From: Podarcis pityusensis
Taxonomy: Eukaryota
Length of the DNA stretch: 64,000 bases
NCBI GenBank assembly: GCA_964106645.2
Contig: OZ067054.1
Strand: one strand, 5' to 3'
Every line of letters begins with the position of its first letter. Positions within the stretch are counted from its first letter, which is position 1. This document shows positions 46,794-59,957 of this stretch, piece by piece. The notes under the pieces are model-generated. The model was not told the DNA's origin, searched no databases, and was given only the letters and a program-made list of their open reading frames with translations. The translations under genes were made by a program, and so were the position numbers.

Positions 46794-46963
46794 CCGTATT
46801 TTTCCGTCTATAAGACTAATTAGGTTTTTTCCCTAAAAAATAATGTAAATAATTAAGGGGCATTTTATACACAGGGCCATCTCCCCCCATTTTCTTAAGT
46901 CTGAGTCCCCCAAAATAGGGGGCGTCTTATGCATGGGGGTGTTTTATAGATGGAAAAATATGG
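46794..46963. mobile_element. Short degenerate Tc2-type MITE nested in an older repeat
   Basis: CCGTATTTTTCCGTCTATAAGAC / GTTTTATAGATGGAAAAATATGG with TA flanks. Confidence 0.75.
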
Positions 46964-47227
46964 TATATCCCAGCTTTTCTCCAAGGAGCTCAACATGGCT
47001 TACATAGCTCTCCCCCTCCTCATTTAACCCCCACACCAACCCTGTGAGGTAGGTTAGGCTGAGAGGCAGTGACTGGCCCAAGGCCACCCAGTGATCTTCA
47101 TGGCCATGTGGGGATTTGAGGCCTGGTCTCTCAGGCTTTAGCCTGACATTCTAACCACCACACTGGCTTTAGTAAAGACAGGGGTGGGAAAGGAGGTACA
47201 TGCATGGCACAGTGCATTACTCTAAAG

Positions 47228-47446
47228 CAGAGCTTTCCAAACTGTGTGTCATGACACGTTAGTGTGTTGGCTGCAGTGTGTCGGTGTGTCGCACAAATGC
47301 TCCTCGCACTCCTCCCAGGCCTGCAAAGGGGTTAATTTAACTTCTGGTTTGCTAATAAAACTGAATTAATGTGTTGCGAAACCGTGCATGTCAAGAAAAG
47401 AAAAGAAAAAAAAGTGTCATCAACATGAAAAGTTGGGAAAGCTCTG
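47228..47446. mobile_element. hAT-like MITE
   Basis: CAGAGCTTTCCAAACT / AGTTGGGAAAGCTCTG; TSD not evident. Confidence 0.55.
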
Positions 47447-47833
47447 GTAGTCCCTAGAAATAAAGGGGCAAGCTGCAGAACTCAGGCAAAGCCAAGGAAG
47501 GATAGCTTCACCAGCAGCATTCATTTTTTTCTGTGCAAGTACACTGATCCAAGGAAACTGGTGAAAGTCAGATCACATGGGTTCATGGCAACAATCCCAC
47601 TCTGATCAATTGAGTTTACTCCTCCTTAAGTCTATTAGAATTGCAGCCTTGGTGCCTTAAGGCCAATTCCAGAATCCCGACTGCTAGGCCTTGTTGTTCC
47701 TAAGGCTTCTGCTCACAGCAGCAGTGATGTTCTCATAGTCCTGTTTGAGCACATCTTGATTTTGTTTTCTTGTTATGCACATGAAAGATGGTAGAGGAAT
47801 GATCATCTCCTGTACTTCTTTCTTTCCTCACAG

Positions 47834-47968
47834 GTGAATCCGCTCCTCAGTCATCCCCTGTTGGCCGCTGGAGATTTTGCATCAATCAAACAATAAGGAA
47901 CAGAGAAACCCAGACACCTTGCACTCTTCTACAGTCAACTACAGCTGCCCCGGGGTGTCAGATAACAG
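47834..47968 (+). CDS. WNK3: WNK3 exon with RFxI motif
   Basis: cacag|[27 protein letters not shown]...CQIT|gtgaac; 135 nt. Confidence 0.93.
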
Positions 47969-50599
47969 GTGAACATGTGATGCTGTAGAAAGCCTGACTC
48001 AATTTTGACTTGTTTGTGGTAAAGTGTAGCATCCGTACAGTTTTGGAACTGTAGCCAGCACTGAGTTCAGGCTTTGTGTCTCAAGTAAGAATGGCTCAGA
48101 GTTTCAGAGTGGAAGTTTCCAGGTTTAAGTCTTTAATGCTGCTGAAGATCAGAAATCTCTTTGTGGGGAAGAATTCCCTCCCCTTCAACATTTTCCTGAT
48201 GAAGGCAAGAAGTCATTCTCTATCCCTTGGCATAGCAACTCCTGTCTAGTACAGAAAGCATGTTCATAGAATAATAGAATCACAGAATGGCAGAGTTGGA
48301 AGGGACCAAAAATACCAGTTGCTGGGGAACACAAGAGTAAAAGTGCTATTGCACTCATGTTCTACTTGTGGACTTCCCATCGACATCTCATTAGCTACTG
48401 TGAGAACAAGATGCTGGAACAGGATGCCTTTGGTCCTGATCCAGTAGGGTTGTTCTTATGTGTAACATATGACAAACTTCCTTACGGCATCCGATGCTCC
48501 AGACTCCTCCCCAGTTGATTCCCTGCCTTCACCCAGCATAGAACATTGCTTCATTGTTCCCTTCTCATAATCTCAACTCCATACCTTTATACTTCGTGCT
48601 CCTCCCAAACAGATGTTCCTGTGCTATCCACTTCCTCTTTCTTTTTCTTCTTCTTTTAAAAAAATCTTTATCAATCTCTTTTTCTTGACTTTCCCTTCAT
48701 CCTTTATGGCTCCTTCAGGTGGGCAGAAAGCCAACAAGAAAGAAAGAAAAAAATGCAACATATTAGGCTAGTTAAGGAAGCAAAAATTAAAAAGAAGCCC
48801 ACTGCAGCTACTATGGAGCCTCCCACTGAGAACTTTATTAGCAAGAGCTAAATCACCTGTAGATTTGCAACTCTCACCTCCTGAGCCAGCTCAGCCGACA
48901 TCCCAGGCAGCGTTTGTCTCCTTGGAGACCAGATCAGCCTCCAAAGAAGTACCCTTTCCATCCGCTTTGTAAAAAAAAAAATAATTAGTTGAAATGAACA
49001 CCAAGCCAACCAAACAAAAAGCCACTAGACTAGCTCAGAGGATTGTATACTGTTTCCCCTCAGGCAATGGAACAGTTAAAAGTCCCAGTTGTGGTTGCTG
49101 CAGTGGAAGTCCTTTTATTGGACTCAATCCCCCCTAGGCGCAATGACACATTTTCCCGATAAAGAAGTAGAAAGAAGGCATACCACATTTCTTTTAAAAG
49201 TCCCATGAGGCTCCTGCCCTGGCTGCTGTCTTTACCTCTTTAAATGCTGCTATAGCTACGGTTCTTTGGCTGGAGGATATATTGCAAAATAAGGATCGGG
49301 ACAACAATACCCATCAGAGGGTATTGGTCAGACTTACCACGGCATCAGCATTCACTCCAATGTCAACCTAGGTGCTGTTTAGCCTTCTTCAAGGATCATT
49401 GTAGCATTCACAGTAGCTAGAAGGTCTTGAATTTCCTGGTCAAATCAGTGAGCAGCCCACTTCAGAGGGACTTGTCTATTTAGTGAAGAGCTGCTCAAAG
49501 TGCACCTTGTAGATAAAAAAGAGACCCTTGGCACTCATACGAAAAGGAAGCAACCTTACTCTTTTCAGCCCAATAGGACCTCCTTTGACCAAGGCTGTAT
49601 AGAATTCCTAAGCTAGTGTAGTCTAGTTCCCATTTCTCCACTAGACCTCACAGTTCCTCCATCAGACAGCCCTGGCACCAGCTACAAAAAGCAAGACAAC
49701 AGTTCTGGTGGTTAGGAGGCCTTGGCTACAAATAGCTCGGTTCTCAGCTTCTGTCAGTGTAAGGACTTTTGACTGCACAATGAAACTTCTCTCCCTGCAT
49801 GCCCTGGACCTCCTAAATCTGTTATGGGGTTTCTTTCAATCCCCTGGAGCTGATTTGGGAAGAGCGCAGGCTACACACAGGGAGAGAAGAGTAGGTAAAG
49901 CTAGGTACAAGTGCACTGACATGCTGGTGGATTTTTCAGTAGATCCCATCATATCAGTAGTAGCACACCTCCTGCTTCAGGGCTTACATATATAGCCTAG
50001 GATTGCCATATTTCAAAAAGTGAACATCCAGACAAAAAGCTGTTGAGCTTCTTGGGGGTGGGCATCAGAGTTATTGAGCTTTTCTTGCAAAATAGCAAAA
50101 ATAATTGCCATTTTTGAGCTATTTTGAACAATTATTTATGAAAATTGGCAAAAATGGCACTGCCAACATGGCTTGCCATATGTCCGGATTTTCTGGGAGA
50201 TCTTGCTGGTTTCTGTACAGACACTGCTTTCGCCCACAGTATTATGGACATATGGCATCCCTAAGATAGCCTTTTCTCAGCTCTTCACCCCAAGACGGGG
50301 CTCATCTACACTTCCTAGTTACTCTAGCCTTTACAGAACTACAGCTCCATAGTTAAGCTCCCCAAAAGCCATCTGACCCGTCCGGAAGACTTTACTGCTT
50401 AGTAACACAGTGGAACACCCACTTTACTGCTTAGGGACCCAGTGGAAAGGCTAATCTTCCTCCCAGCAATGACAGACCTCACCCCTGTCATCCAGCCTCT
50501 CTGGGAAGAACTTCAGAACCCTGGCAAACATCCACACAAGCACTGATTTCTCAGAGGCCTGTTTCTTCATGGCCACAGGAGCACACAAGTTCTCTTCCT

Positions 50600-51200
50600 T
50601 GAGTTGAAAGGCAGTCCTCCAGACCACCACATTTTTATCATTGTTATCCCAAAGTGTGTCCTTCCTAGTGGCCATAATCTTAGTCCATGAGGTTTCAGAG
50701 CTGGGAGCCCTGGCACATCTGTGTGACCTTTTCACAAGGGTAGAATAAATCTGTGCACAGCCTTCTTTCCAAAAACGAACTCTGCTTTCCACCGAACAGA
50801 ACAACTGACCTTGCCCTTCTTTTGCCCCAGCCCCCCATCCCCTGTCACAGGCTTAGTCTTTACAGGATTCTAAAGACTTGTCCCAGACTCACTCAAGCCT
50901 TCCATCAAACAGACTCCCCATTTGTATTCTTTAACCCTCAGGTCCCTAGGGGAAAAAGACTTCACCCACCATATTAGTGAGATGGCCTAAAGCCTCCATG
51001 GTCTTGACCTATCTGGCTCAGCACCTCCCTACATCACAAAAATGTCATGGCACACACTCCACAAGAGCAGCACCAGTAGCCGTGCTTCCCCCTTCAGTTG
51101 CTGATGGCATGTAAGTGGCCATGTGGGAGCCTCCTCCTCCCTTTCCCTTTGCCTCCGTAGAGGTGACATTTGACAGCACGTTCCAGCATATTCTTCATCA
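50600..51200 (+). mobile_element. Degenerate DIRS-type tyrosine-recombinase retrotransposon remnant
   Basis: FLVAIILVHEVSELGAL at 50662 (cf. FLVAITSARRVSEL) and HSTRA at 51055, broken by frameshifts. Confidence 0.55.
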
Positions 51201-51253
51201 TTGTTACTCCCACTGGTTTATCTTAAATTCCCTCCCTAGAATCAGAGTAGCTT

Positions 51254-51630
51254 GAAAAGGTAAAGGTGAAGGACCCCTGACAGTTAAGTCCAGTCGCAGA
51301 CGACTCTGGGGTTGCGGCTCTCATCTCGCTTTACTGGCCAAGGGAGCCGCTGTTTGTCTGCAGACAGTTTTTCCGGGTCATGTGGCCAGCATGACTTTAG
51401 CTGCTTCTGGCGCAAGGGAACACTGAAACCAGAGCAGCGCATGGAAACGCCATTTACCTTCCCACCGGAGTGGGAAGCACATTTTTTGGCGTGCTTTTGA
51501 ACTGCTAGGTTGGCAGGAGCTGGGACCAAACAATGGGAGCTCACCCCGTCGTGGGGATTCGAACCGCTGACCTTCTGATTGGTAAGCCCAAGAGGCTCAG
51601 TGGTTTGGACCACAGCGCCACCCACGTCCC
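51254..51630 (-). mobile_element. Sauria SINE
   Basis: Reverse homologue of 12745-13094; 12-bp TSD TCAGAGTAGCTT (51242-51253, 51631-51642). Confidence 0.9.
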
Positions 51631-52016
51631 TCAGAGTAGCTTATGCATATCCCATTCCTATTGGATGCTTCTTCAGGTTGAGAAAGGAACATGGAGCTCC
51701 TGTTGACCAGTGAGCTAAACAATTTCTCTTGGCACACACATTCATCTGCAGATACCTCCAATCTGTGCTGAGTCATCTCTTACTAGGAGGGACCTCTCTC
51801 TTCCTGTGTTTTGCCTTTTCCTTCTTTGACTCTGTCTCAAGCTTGGCCATGGGATGCAACTGGAGCAAGCATCATTTTAATAGATTATATATGATATGAA
51901 TATAATTTTATTTCTTACGATGTTTGTTTTTTATTTTAATGATAGTTTTTTCTATGGTTTTAGCAAGTCTCGTTTTTATATGTAAGCCACCTTGAGTCCC
52001 ATCAGGGAAAAGGTAG

Positions 52017-52018
<2 letters not shown>

Positions 52019-52052
<34 letters not shown>
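52019..52052. repeat. (TAA)n microsatellite, probably a retroposon tail
   Basis: Direct reading. Confidence 0.9.
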
Positions 52053-53384
52053 CAGCATCCAATGCAGCAACAAAGTTAGTCATGTGCTCCCTGCCTCATA
52101 GAAGGATGCATTGTTTACCCCAAACAAGAAAGAACCTTCACAGTAAGCACTGAAAAAGCACTATCCTTTTCTAACCAGAAATCAGGTTTCTTTCTTTTCT
52201 TTTTTAAAAATCTGTTTTTCAGGGCAAGTTCCCCCACAAAGCAGTATGTAAAGACAGTTGTATAAAACATAAAGGAATAATTTAAAATCTACATTACACT
52301 TCTAAAAAATAGCAGCAAACTATCACTAAAATAAAATGATATAGACTGAAATAAAAAAAATACCTTTAAAGTTCCTTCAAAATCATTAATGAAAGACCCA
52401 TGCATACTTCATGGGGGAGAGCAGTGCATGGATCAGATCAGGTTTAAACAGAGATAAGAAATAATGTGTGGAATGAAGTATGCTCACAGTTATTGTGGTC
52501 ATGGCTGATGATGCAGTTGTCTTCTTTTTTATTATTAAAAATTACAGTCTTACTGTGCCAGGTGAAGACTTTTTTAATTGACTGAGGGTTTTAGTTGCCC
52601 CAATGTTTTTGTTTTGTCTTGATTGGTAATTTTATCTTGTGCTCACTTTTTTCCTGCTGCTTTCACAACTTTACTGTGTTTCTATATTTATGAAATTATT
52701 ATGAGGCTTTTGTAAAAAGTGTTCAAGATGAATACAAAATTACAATAGTGACTGGCCCTCATAGGACACATACATCACCTTGAGCTTGTTTTATCTATAT
52801 ACATTACACTCCTTTATAAAAATGCTATGTGAATTTATTTTATAATAGCCTAAAAGCTTGTTCTGCTGCAAATATGTTGGGCTTGTTTTTCTGAGCTGTT
52901 TCTGAAGCAGAGGTGGGAAACCTTTCAGATCAAGGCATTTCCTCGTGAGCAACCTTCCCGGTGCCATATGGTGGGTGCGGGCAAAGAGAGGAGGCAGGGA
53001 AGTGAGAGGCGAAAGTGGGCAGAGCAACAGATGTGATTCTTACAGTAGGCTGCATTCCAGCCGGGCAAAAAGCATAGGTTTCTGCACACATGTGTACACA
53101 CCTCTCTCCTTCCAGGCAAGCAATAGGCATTATCACAATTCCAAGGACATAATCCAGCCAAGCAAAAGCATTCAAGGAAGGCACCATTGAGGTGGAAAGG
53201 GGTGTGACCTGTAGAGAACCCCATGGGCTGAATAGGAGGGCCAAATTTGCCCCCTGGCATAAGTTACACACCCCTTCTCCAAAGCCAGCAACCCTGGTTT
53301 TTAAAGTCATAATTTTGAGAACTATCCCATCTTGAATTGCAAGGGACACTCTCTGCAGTTAACAGGGGTTTTGTCCTTCTAAAG

Positions 53385-53521
53385 CAGGCTTCCTCAACCT
53401 CGGCCCTCCAGATGTTTTGAGACTACAATTTCCCATCATCCCTGACCACTGGTCCTGCTAGCTAGGGATCATGGGAGTTGTAGGCCAAAAACATCTGGAG
53501 GGCCGAGGTTGAGGAAGCCTG
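53385..53521. mobile_element. hAT MITE, near-palindromic
   Basis: TIR CAGGCTTCCTCAACCTCGGCCCTCCAGATGTTTT; 8-bp TSD TTCTAAAG (53377-53384, 53522-53529). Confidence 0.9.
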
Positions 53522-53597
53522 TTCTAAAGGGCCATACTGCAACATAGCTTTCCCTAGGGTGTTATTTGTCAACAGTTTTATCTCTTTGTGTTTTCAG

Positions 53598-54442
53598 ACC
53601 ATATAAAGGAGAGTACCAAAGAAGATCACCCCCAGGATTGTCCACAGGCTGTGGAAAATCTCAGCAGCCAGCACAGAACGATCCCCTCTTCCAGCTCAAA
53701 TGAGCTAAGTGACAGTATGGTATCTGAACCCCAAACATCGGAAACTGAGCAGTCAGCAATTCCTCACCAAGTGGAAGGCAGCATGGATAAGCTGCTGTCT
53801 GCCACTGCTGGTGACAATTATGATGTTACTGCTTCCGATTCTTCTGCTTGGCCAGAGTCTTTAGAGGCAGAGACCCAGGCTGACGAAACTCACTTATCTT
53901 CATATACACCCCACCCAACATCTGGCATTGCGGAGCAAAGTATGCCCACTGAGGCCTTTGTGCCCAGACCAACCACCTGCCACATCCCGACCACTGAGGA
54001 AGCAGATAACACGATGAGCACAGAACAGGCCAGTGCTTTGGCTCAGACCCCTGGACAAGAAGGCGCCCCCTTCGCATCCAATCTGGAGTCAGACAGTGAG
54101 GGCCCCCCTAAGATGGACTTTGTCGACAACAACATCAAAACTCTGGATGAGAAGCTGCGGACGCTTCTGTATCAGGAACACAGCTTGTCGGGCACTTCCC
54201 CTGAGAGCCAGAAAGACACACAAAGTGCCGTGGAGTCTCCATTTTCCTCGTCTGCTGAAGAAACTCTTCCTGGCCCAGTTCTTGATGCACCAGACTCCCC
54301 CCAAGAGACCCAGCAAAGCCCCACCAAGCTTTCAGACCCCCAGGCTATGCTGATCCCATCCGCAAGTCATCCAGACAGTTTGCCAGTGCTGAGGAGGGAG
54401 CCCAGTGCTATCACCTCTGCTCCCAGTGATCTCTGTACGCAT
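53598..54442 (+). CDS. WNK3: WNK3 large Ser/Thr/Glu-rich exon
   Basis: ttcag|DHIKES...[33 protein letters not shown]...DLCTH|gtgagt; 845 nt. Confidence 0.93.
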
Positions 54443-55170
54443 GTGAGTACTGACAGGGAGATTGGCTGGGGTTGAAATCTTTTCTTCCTGCAACAAGAAA
54501 TCTATAGCTATGCTAGATGGCTGTACAAACCCATTTGCTAGCTTAATGGGTGCTGGCAAGTGAGAGGTAAGTTTCCTTTTCAGGCATACTATCCCAACAT
54601 TTTGTCCTGGATCAGTTTTATTAGAGTGCTTGATGAATATCTGGTATCTGGGAGTTACCAGTGCTGGGAGAGGCACAGGGTGGGAGTTAGATGATATTTT
54701 TACAGCAACAGTTTGCCTATATTAATACAGAACTGAACTTTACTAGGCCCTACTTGGGCTAAGAATTGGAAATGTCCTATTTGGAGAAAGGCATTGTAAA
54801 ATTGTTGAGCAGTTACATATAACCTCCTAACCTGTCATTGACTATTTTAACCTGACAAATTGATCTTTTTTTAAAATAGGCACTTCATTGAGCTTGGAGA
54901 TTTGAATGTGCAACCCTCAGCAAGAAAGCAATCTCTAAAACAGAGATAGCTAACCAGGAGCCCTGCAGATGTTGTTGGACTCCCAGCTCCCACCAACCCC
55001 AGCCAGGATGGCCAGTGGTCCAGATGATGGGCGTTGGTAGTCCAACAATACGTTGGCTACCCCTGCTCTTAAAATATTTAAGGTTCGACTTGTATAGTGC
55101 AAGACTCCCCCTTGCCATTATTCAGACACCACTTTCTTCTGTCCCTTCCCCACCCACTTCTTTTGTTCAG

Positions 55171-55399
55171 GAGATGTCCCCGGAGGCTTCATTTCCTGAG
55201 AACCCTGTGGCCTGTCCTGCTTCAGCATCAAGTGGTGGAGCTGTGCACCTGCATGCAGGAGGTGGATATTTTGGCCTAAGCTTTACTTGCCCTAGTCTCA
55301 AAAACCCTATTAGCAAGAAATCCTGGACTCGCAAATTAAAAAGCTGGGCATACAGGCTACGGCAGACCAGCTTTTTCAAGAAATCAAAAGTCCGGCAAG
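55171..55399 (+). CDS. WNK3: WNK3 exon, long (18b-like) form; probable short form ends at 55261
   Basis: ttcag|EMSPEASF...[47 protein letters not shown]|gtagtg; 229 nt. Confidence 0.88.
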
Positions 55400-55781
55400 G
55401 TAGTGTGCTTACAGTCAGGGATCTAGACTAGGTAACATCTGTTTTGATTTATTTAAGTATGGTTGTTTTATTTTCTCTCTCCCCCCTTTTTTAGCATTTC
55501 CTGCCTCTTCCATTTATACATTTTTGCTCCTTTACTCATTTGTGTAACATTTCACCCACCACCACTTTGTTTTCCAGTTTGATTAACCAGTTTTTTCATT
55601 CCACATAGAAGTGTAGGTCTTTAGATACAAAAAATAAAATAAAAAGCCTACATGTATAATAGAATCATTCTTTTTATAATGCAATGTTGCTTTTTAGTAT
55701 TATCAGGGTCCCAGCTTTGCCTGACTGTGTTCTTTTTCTTTGTGTTCGTTTTCGACAAAAATAAAATAAATTACACAACAG

Positions 55782-55897
55782 AGGAGATGACTGGCGATGT
55801 TGCTCCTGATTGGATTTCTCTCTCTGAGCATGCAACAGTGCAGAATAAAGCACCCGGTCAATCTGTGGCTGGATCATTCCAGCGAGGCCGATTTCAG
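55782..55897 (+). CDS. WNK3: WNK3 exon ending in RFQ (acceptor position less certain)
   Basis: aacag|EEMTGDVAPD...GSFQRGRFQ|gtgcgt; phase 1 to 0. Confidence 0.82.
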
Positions 55898-58800
55898 GTG
55901 CGTATAATGTAATCCACAAAACCATGTAAATCCAAATATGCATGCAATGATTGTCTTACTTCCGCTGTTTGTTTTCATTACTACCTTGCTTTGCTCAAAA
56001 GAGCTCAAGGGTGGGGGACTGTCTTCAGGCTAATGGCCACATTCCCATCTGGACAACCTTCTGGGAGAGTGTGTGACAGTGACAGAGGCAAAATGAAGGC
56101 AAAATTTACCATTGCCCCACCAACTCTTTTGATATGTTGACTATTAGGCATACCTCCTGGACCAGGTTTTGCTGGCATTTCCCCATATTTGGATTTTTAT
56201 TTTATTTTTTGCAGCTGGTGTAGGTTTGAGCCATCTTATTTTAACTAGATAAAGCATTTGATTTAATCTGAAGTTTGAACTACGGCTTTGTTGGAGATTT
56301 GCATTCTGGCTGTGGCTTGTTCGTTGCATTAAAGCAGTAAAGGGCTTGGATAATTGGTCTAAAGTTATGATGCGCCAATTATGAGTTATATAATGCATGT
56401 TCAGTCCACTATTTCATTTATTGTGAAAATCACAATTTCAGCTTTTGCCAAGTTTATCTATAGTTCGCATTTATGAAACAAATCTTTGTCACAGCTTCAT
56501 ATTGTGACTCAACTCTGACTCTTGGAGGTATAAAACTTCAGGGAATGGGAGGTATCAAATTGGAGCCACCTAGTGGCAAGAAACAAATACTAGAATAAGG
56601 AGAGATCATTTTTACTGAACTTTCCAGGGACATAGTTGGTCGCTGCTCAGAGCTAATCTTTTGCTGTAAACCCTCCAGATGTGAGAGCTTTTAAAGGACT
56701 GTGAGCTGACTCTTCTGAAAGGAAGAGGCTGGTACTATTGCAAGCTTTGCTAATCTGATTCATGAAGAGTAAAGAAGCTGTTGTCATCTTAGTTTTTATC
56801 ACTGCTTTGAGCTGAGCTAAGTGAGCTAAAATCCCTACTTGACATGGGTCTTTCTTTCCATCTACTCTTGTTCAGTTTGCTGAGTGGATATGAGAAACAT
56901 CTCCCCACCCACAAACCCACACATCAGTCAGAGCATCACTGTGGAGCAAGCCATGTATTTTACAAAGAACAATGTTTTCCATTGAAGGTCACCCCATAAA
57001 CAGAGTGCACAGGCTATTTGACAAAGCAGCCAGTTTTTCATGCTGTTGTTTCTTTCTTTTTTCTTTTTTGTAATTGGATTAAATACTTTTATTTTTACTA
57101 CATCTCAGATCTGTGAGGGGGGAAGCCTTTACCCAAACAGACAAATTGAGGTCCAGATTTTCCTGAGTTGCAGCTTGAACCAAAAGTTGTGTAAATGAAG
57201 ATAACTCCTACAACTTTCTAGCAGGGAGGAAAGAATGGCAGATTGCCTAAGCCAGTCAGGACCCTGGGAAATCCCCAATAGCCCTGCTGGCTGAGTTTTG
57301 GAAAGCGGTGTCTCAGCAGAGAGCTAGGACCATCTGAAGCCTAAAGTAGGCTGGCAAGGTAGTTGGCCTCAACTACCTTGATGACCTAAAGGGCCTCGTC
57401 CTATTCTGCAAGCATTGATTCCTGTGCCATGGAAGGGATATCAATATTATTGGAGGCTCATTGTTTGAGGAAGGTTGAGAGCTCCGTTGTTGGGCCAGAA
57501 GAGCCCAGGGAGAGATGCTGAGGGCCCCTCTAAGTAGAGCAGCATGTATTATTTCCTCATCAGTATCTTTCTCAGTGTAGTGCAAGAGCCTGGGATTGGG
57601 GTCATGATACCAAGAAAGCATTGGGTCATATAGACATTGGTCAACAGAGATCTGAAGACTTTGATGAGGATGTAGGGGGGGAAATTATGCAAGGTTGAGT
57701 TGGTTGCTCTTTAGGTGGGAAGGCACATTGCCTGAATGACACACCCTGCAGGACAATTGTGTATACACCAAACTGAGTCTGGACACTTAGCAGTCATAAA
57801 AAGTATATTCAATACAAAATGCAGTTACTGGGCGGAAAAACCTTGTATACTTTCTAGAGCAACAGGAGAATACCTTTGCAGCTATGGTCTGGCAGTTTTT
57901 ACTTTGAAACCAGTGCTCCCAGTGCTACAATGATGCATATTGTGGGGAAGATATTGGGGAGGATGCTAAAACCTTCCTGAAGCTATTCCTTACTGAAAAC
58001 TGAGGGTCCTCTGTGTACATGTTACCCAGGGATTGGGGAGGAACAATCTTCACGCATGAATCAAGCATGTTACAGCACTGTACTAGAGATTAAAAAAGGA
58101 GGTGTTCTTCACATTCTCTGGCCTCAGTCACCCTTAGGCTCAAAGGAAGTCATAAAGGAGGTGGAGGCACTGCTTGGGGTGGGATCATTTCCCACTCTAC
58201 AACCTTTCAGCCTGCAAGGTCTTGCCAGACTCCTTGGACTCAGATGACACATGCCCAGTACAGTCCTCACAGTTGCACAATGTAGGAGGCAAAGACTGCA
58301 GAATTGGGCAGTGGCCTTTTGAGAACACTGGCTGTTCCTCAGAGGGAGTGTGAACAATACCAGATCAGCCAGCCTCTGCACTCTGCTGAGGCAACAGTTC
58401 TCCTTGTGTGTAAATGTGAGCACATGAGCCAGCACCATCTGTGGTGCTCTGTCCAGGGTCCTGAAAAACCCCTGACTTGCCTGTTGTGACTCTCTGCTAC
58501 CAGTAAGTGTGTCTGCTACAGTCAGCTTCCCCTGAGCCTTGAGCTGTGTTCTTGCAATACGTGTGGCTTGCAACAGGTATCATACTCAGCCTACCAGAGA
58601 GGTAACCTCCCAAATCAGGGTACATGAATATTTAGAAGCTTTGGAACCTACATTTGGGAGTATGAAAAGTGCTGAGGAACTTATCTATAGATTTCATAGC
58701 AACATGCAAAGGTGATGAGAGGAACTGTCTGCCTACCTGCAGTGACTAAAGAAAATCCTGCAACAAGCGGTCTCAGAGGTGGCATGATGCTTGACCAGAT

Positions 58801-59957
58801 GCGTCAAGGGAGTGTTGTCCTAATACTAGAGGGGACTCTCTATGATAAACAGTTCTTAGTAAAAAATTGTCTGAAAGAGGAGTTACCAGTGCCTATGGGT
58901 TCTTTTCAGATAATGAAAAGGGCTGTGTCTGTTGCTCCATCTCTCTGCAGTAATTCTTCATGCACTATAAGTATTTTGCATTCTTATAGTGTATCTTAAC
59001 TGGTGAACCGTATGCAGGTCTGTATCATGTAGCTCCCTGTGCTTTAAATTGCTGTACGTTTTCCCCCTGTCTGTCTCTCACTCTCTCTGTTCCCCCATCA
59101 ATGTATTGCAGTCCTTATAAAACCACTCAGTTTTGTCTTGACTGTGGATAGTTTTGCTGCAGTTGCTATAGGATCTCCTAGCAGGCCTTTGCAAGGCATA
59201 TTAATGCATATTAATTCAAAGTAGTTTTTAAAGAAATCTATGAAGCTGATTATTGACAGTTTTCTTAGAGTATCTGGTATTTTCTCTTTAAAGTCCTCTC
59301 TTCATAGATATTTAATACATGGGGTGAGGGGAGTTTATTCTTTGTTTGGTGTGGTCTTTTTAGCAGTAGGGTCAGCTGACATTTATGTCCCTGTAGTCCA
59401 GGTCTCTCTTGGCATGACATGATACACTGTTTTCCCCTTTTTCTGAATGGAAGATAAGAATTTGCTCTCCTATTTAGGTCATGTAAGTCAAAGCTTTTGT
59501 GTGCATTTAGTAGCTAACATACATAAAACCTTTTTATTTGTGCAAGGTGTGGTTGAACATTTTTAAAAAATGCAATATTTTTAATATTTCATATTTTAAA
59601 TCTATTTTAAATGATATTGTTATAAATGTATCTTGTTCCTGGGTTAAGCATTTGGAGATAAAGTAGGTTAAAAATCCAACTAAGGAAATGAAACCCCAGG
59701 AATACTGGCTCTTTGCGACCCCTGCTCATTCCTCGTCGACTCTTAACTACAATCTGAGGCCCAGTAGTACAAGTGTGTCGTGTTGAAGACACCAAAGTGG
59801 GAGCTGCCGCCTGGGCTTGCAGTTGTAAAAAAAATATTCCTTGGGGACCAAATCCTGCCCATTTTTCTGCCCCACACTAGGTCAACTTTTCTATAAAAGG
59901 GGACCTACTCAGCTGACGTTCTTTCTCTGCCTCTCTCTTTCTCTGTGTGTGCTTCAG

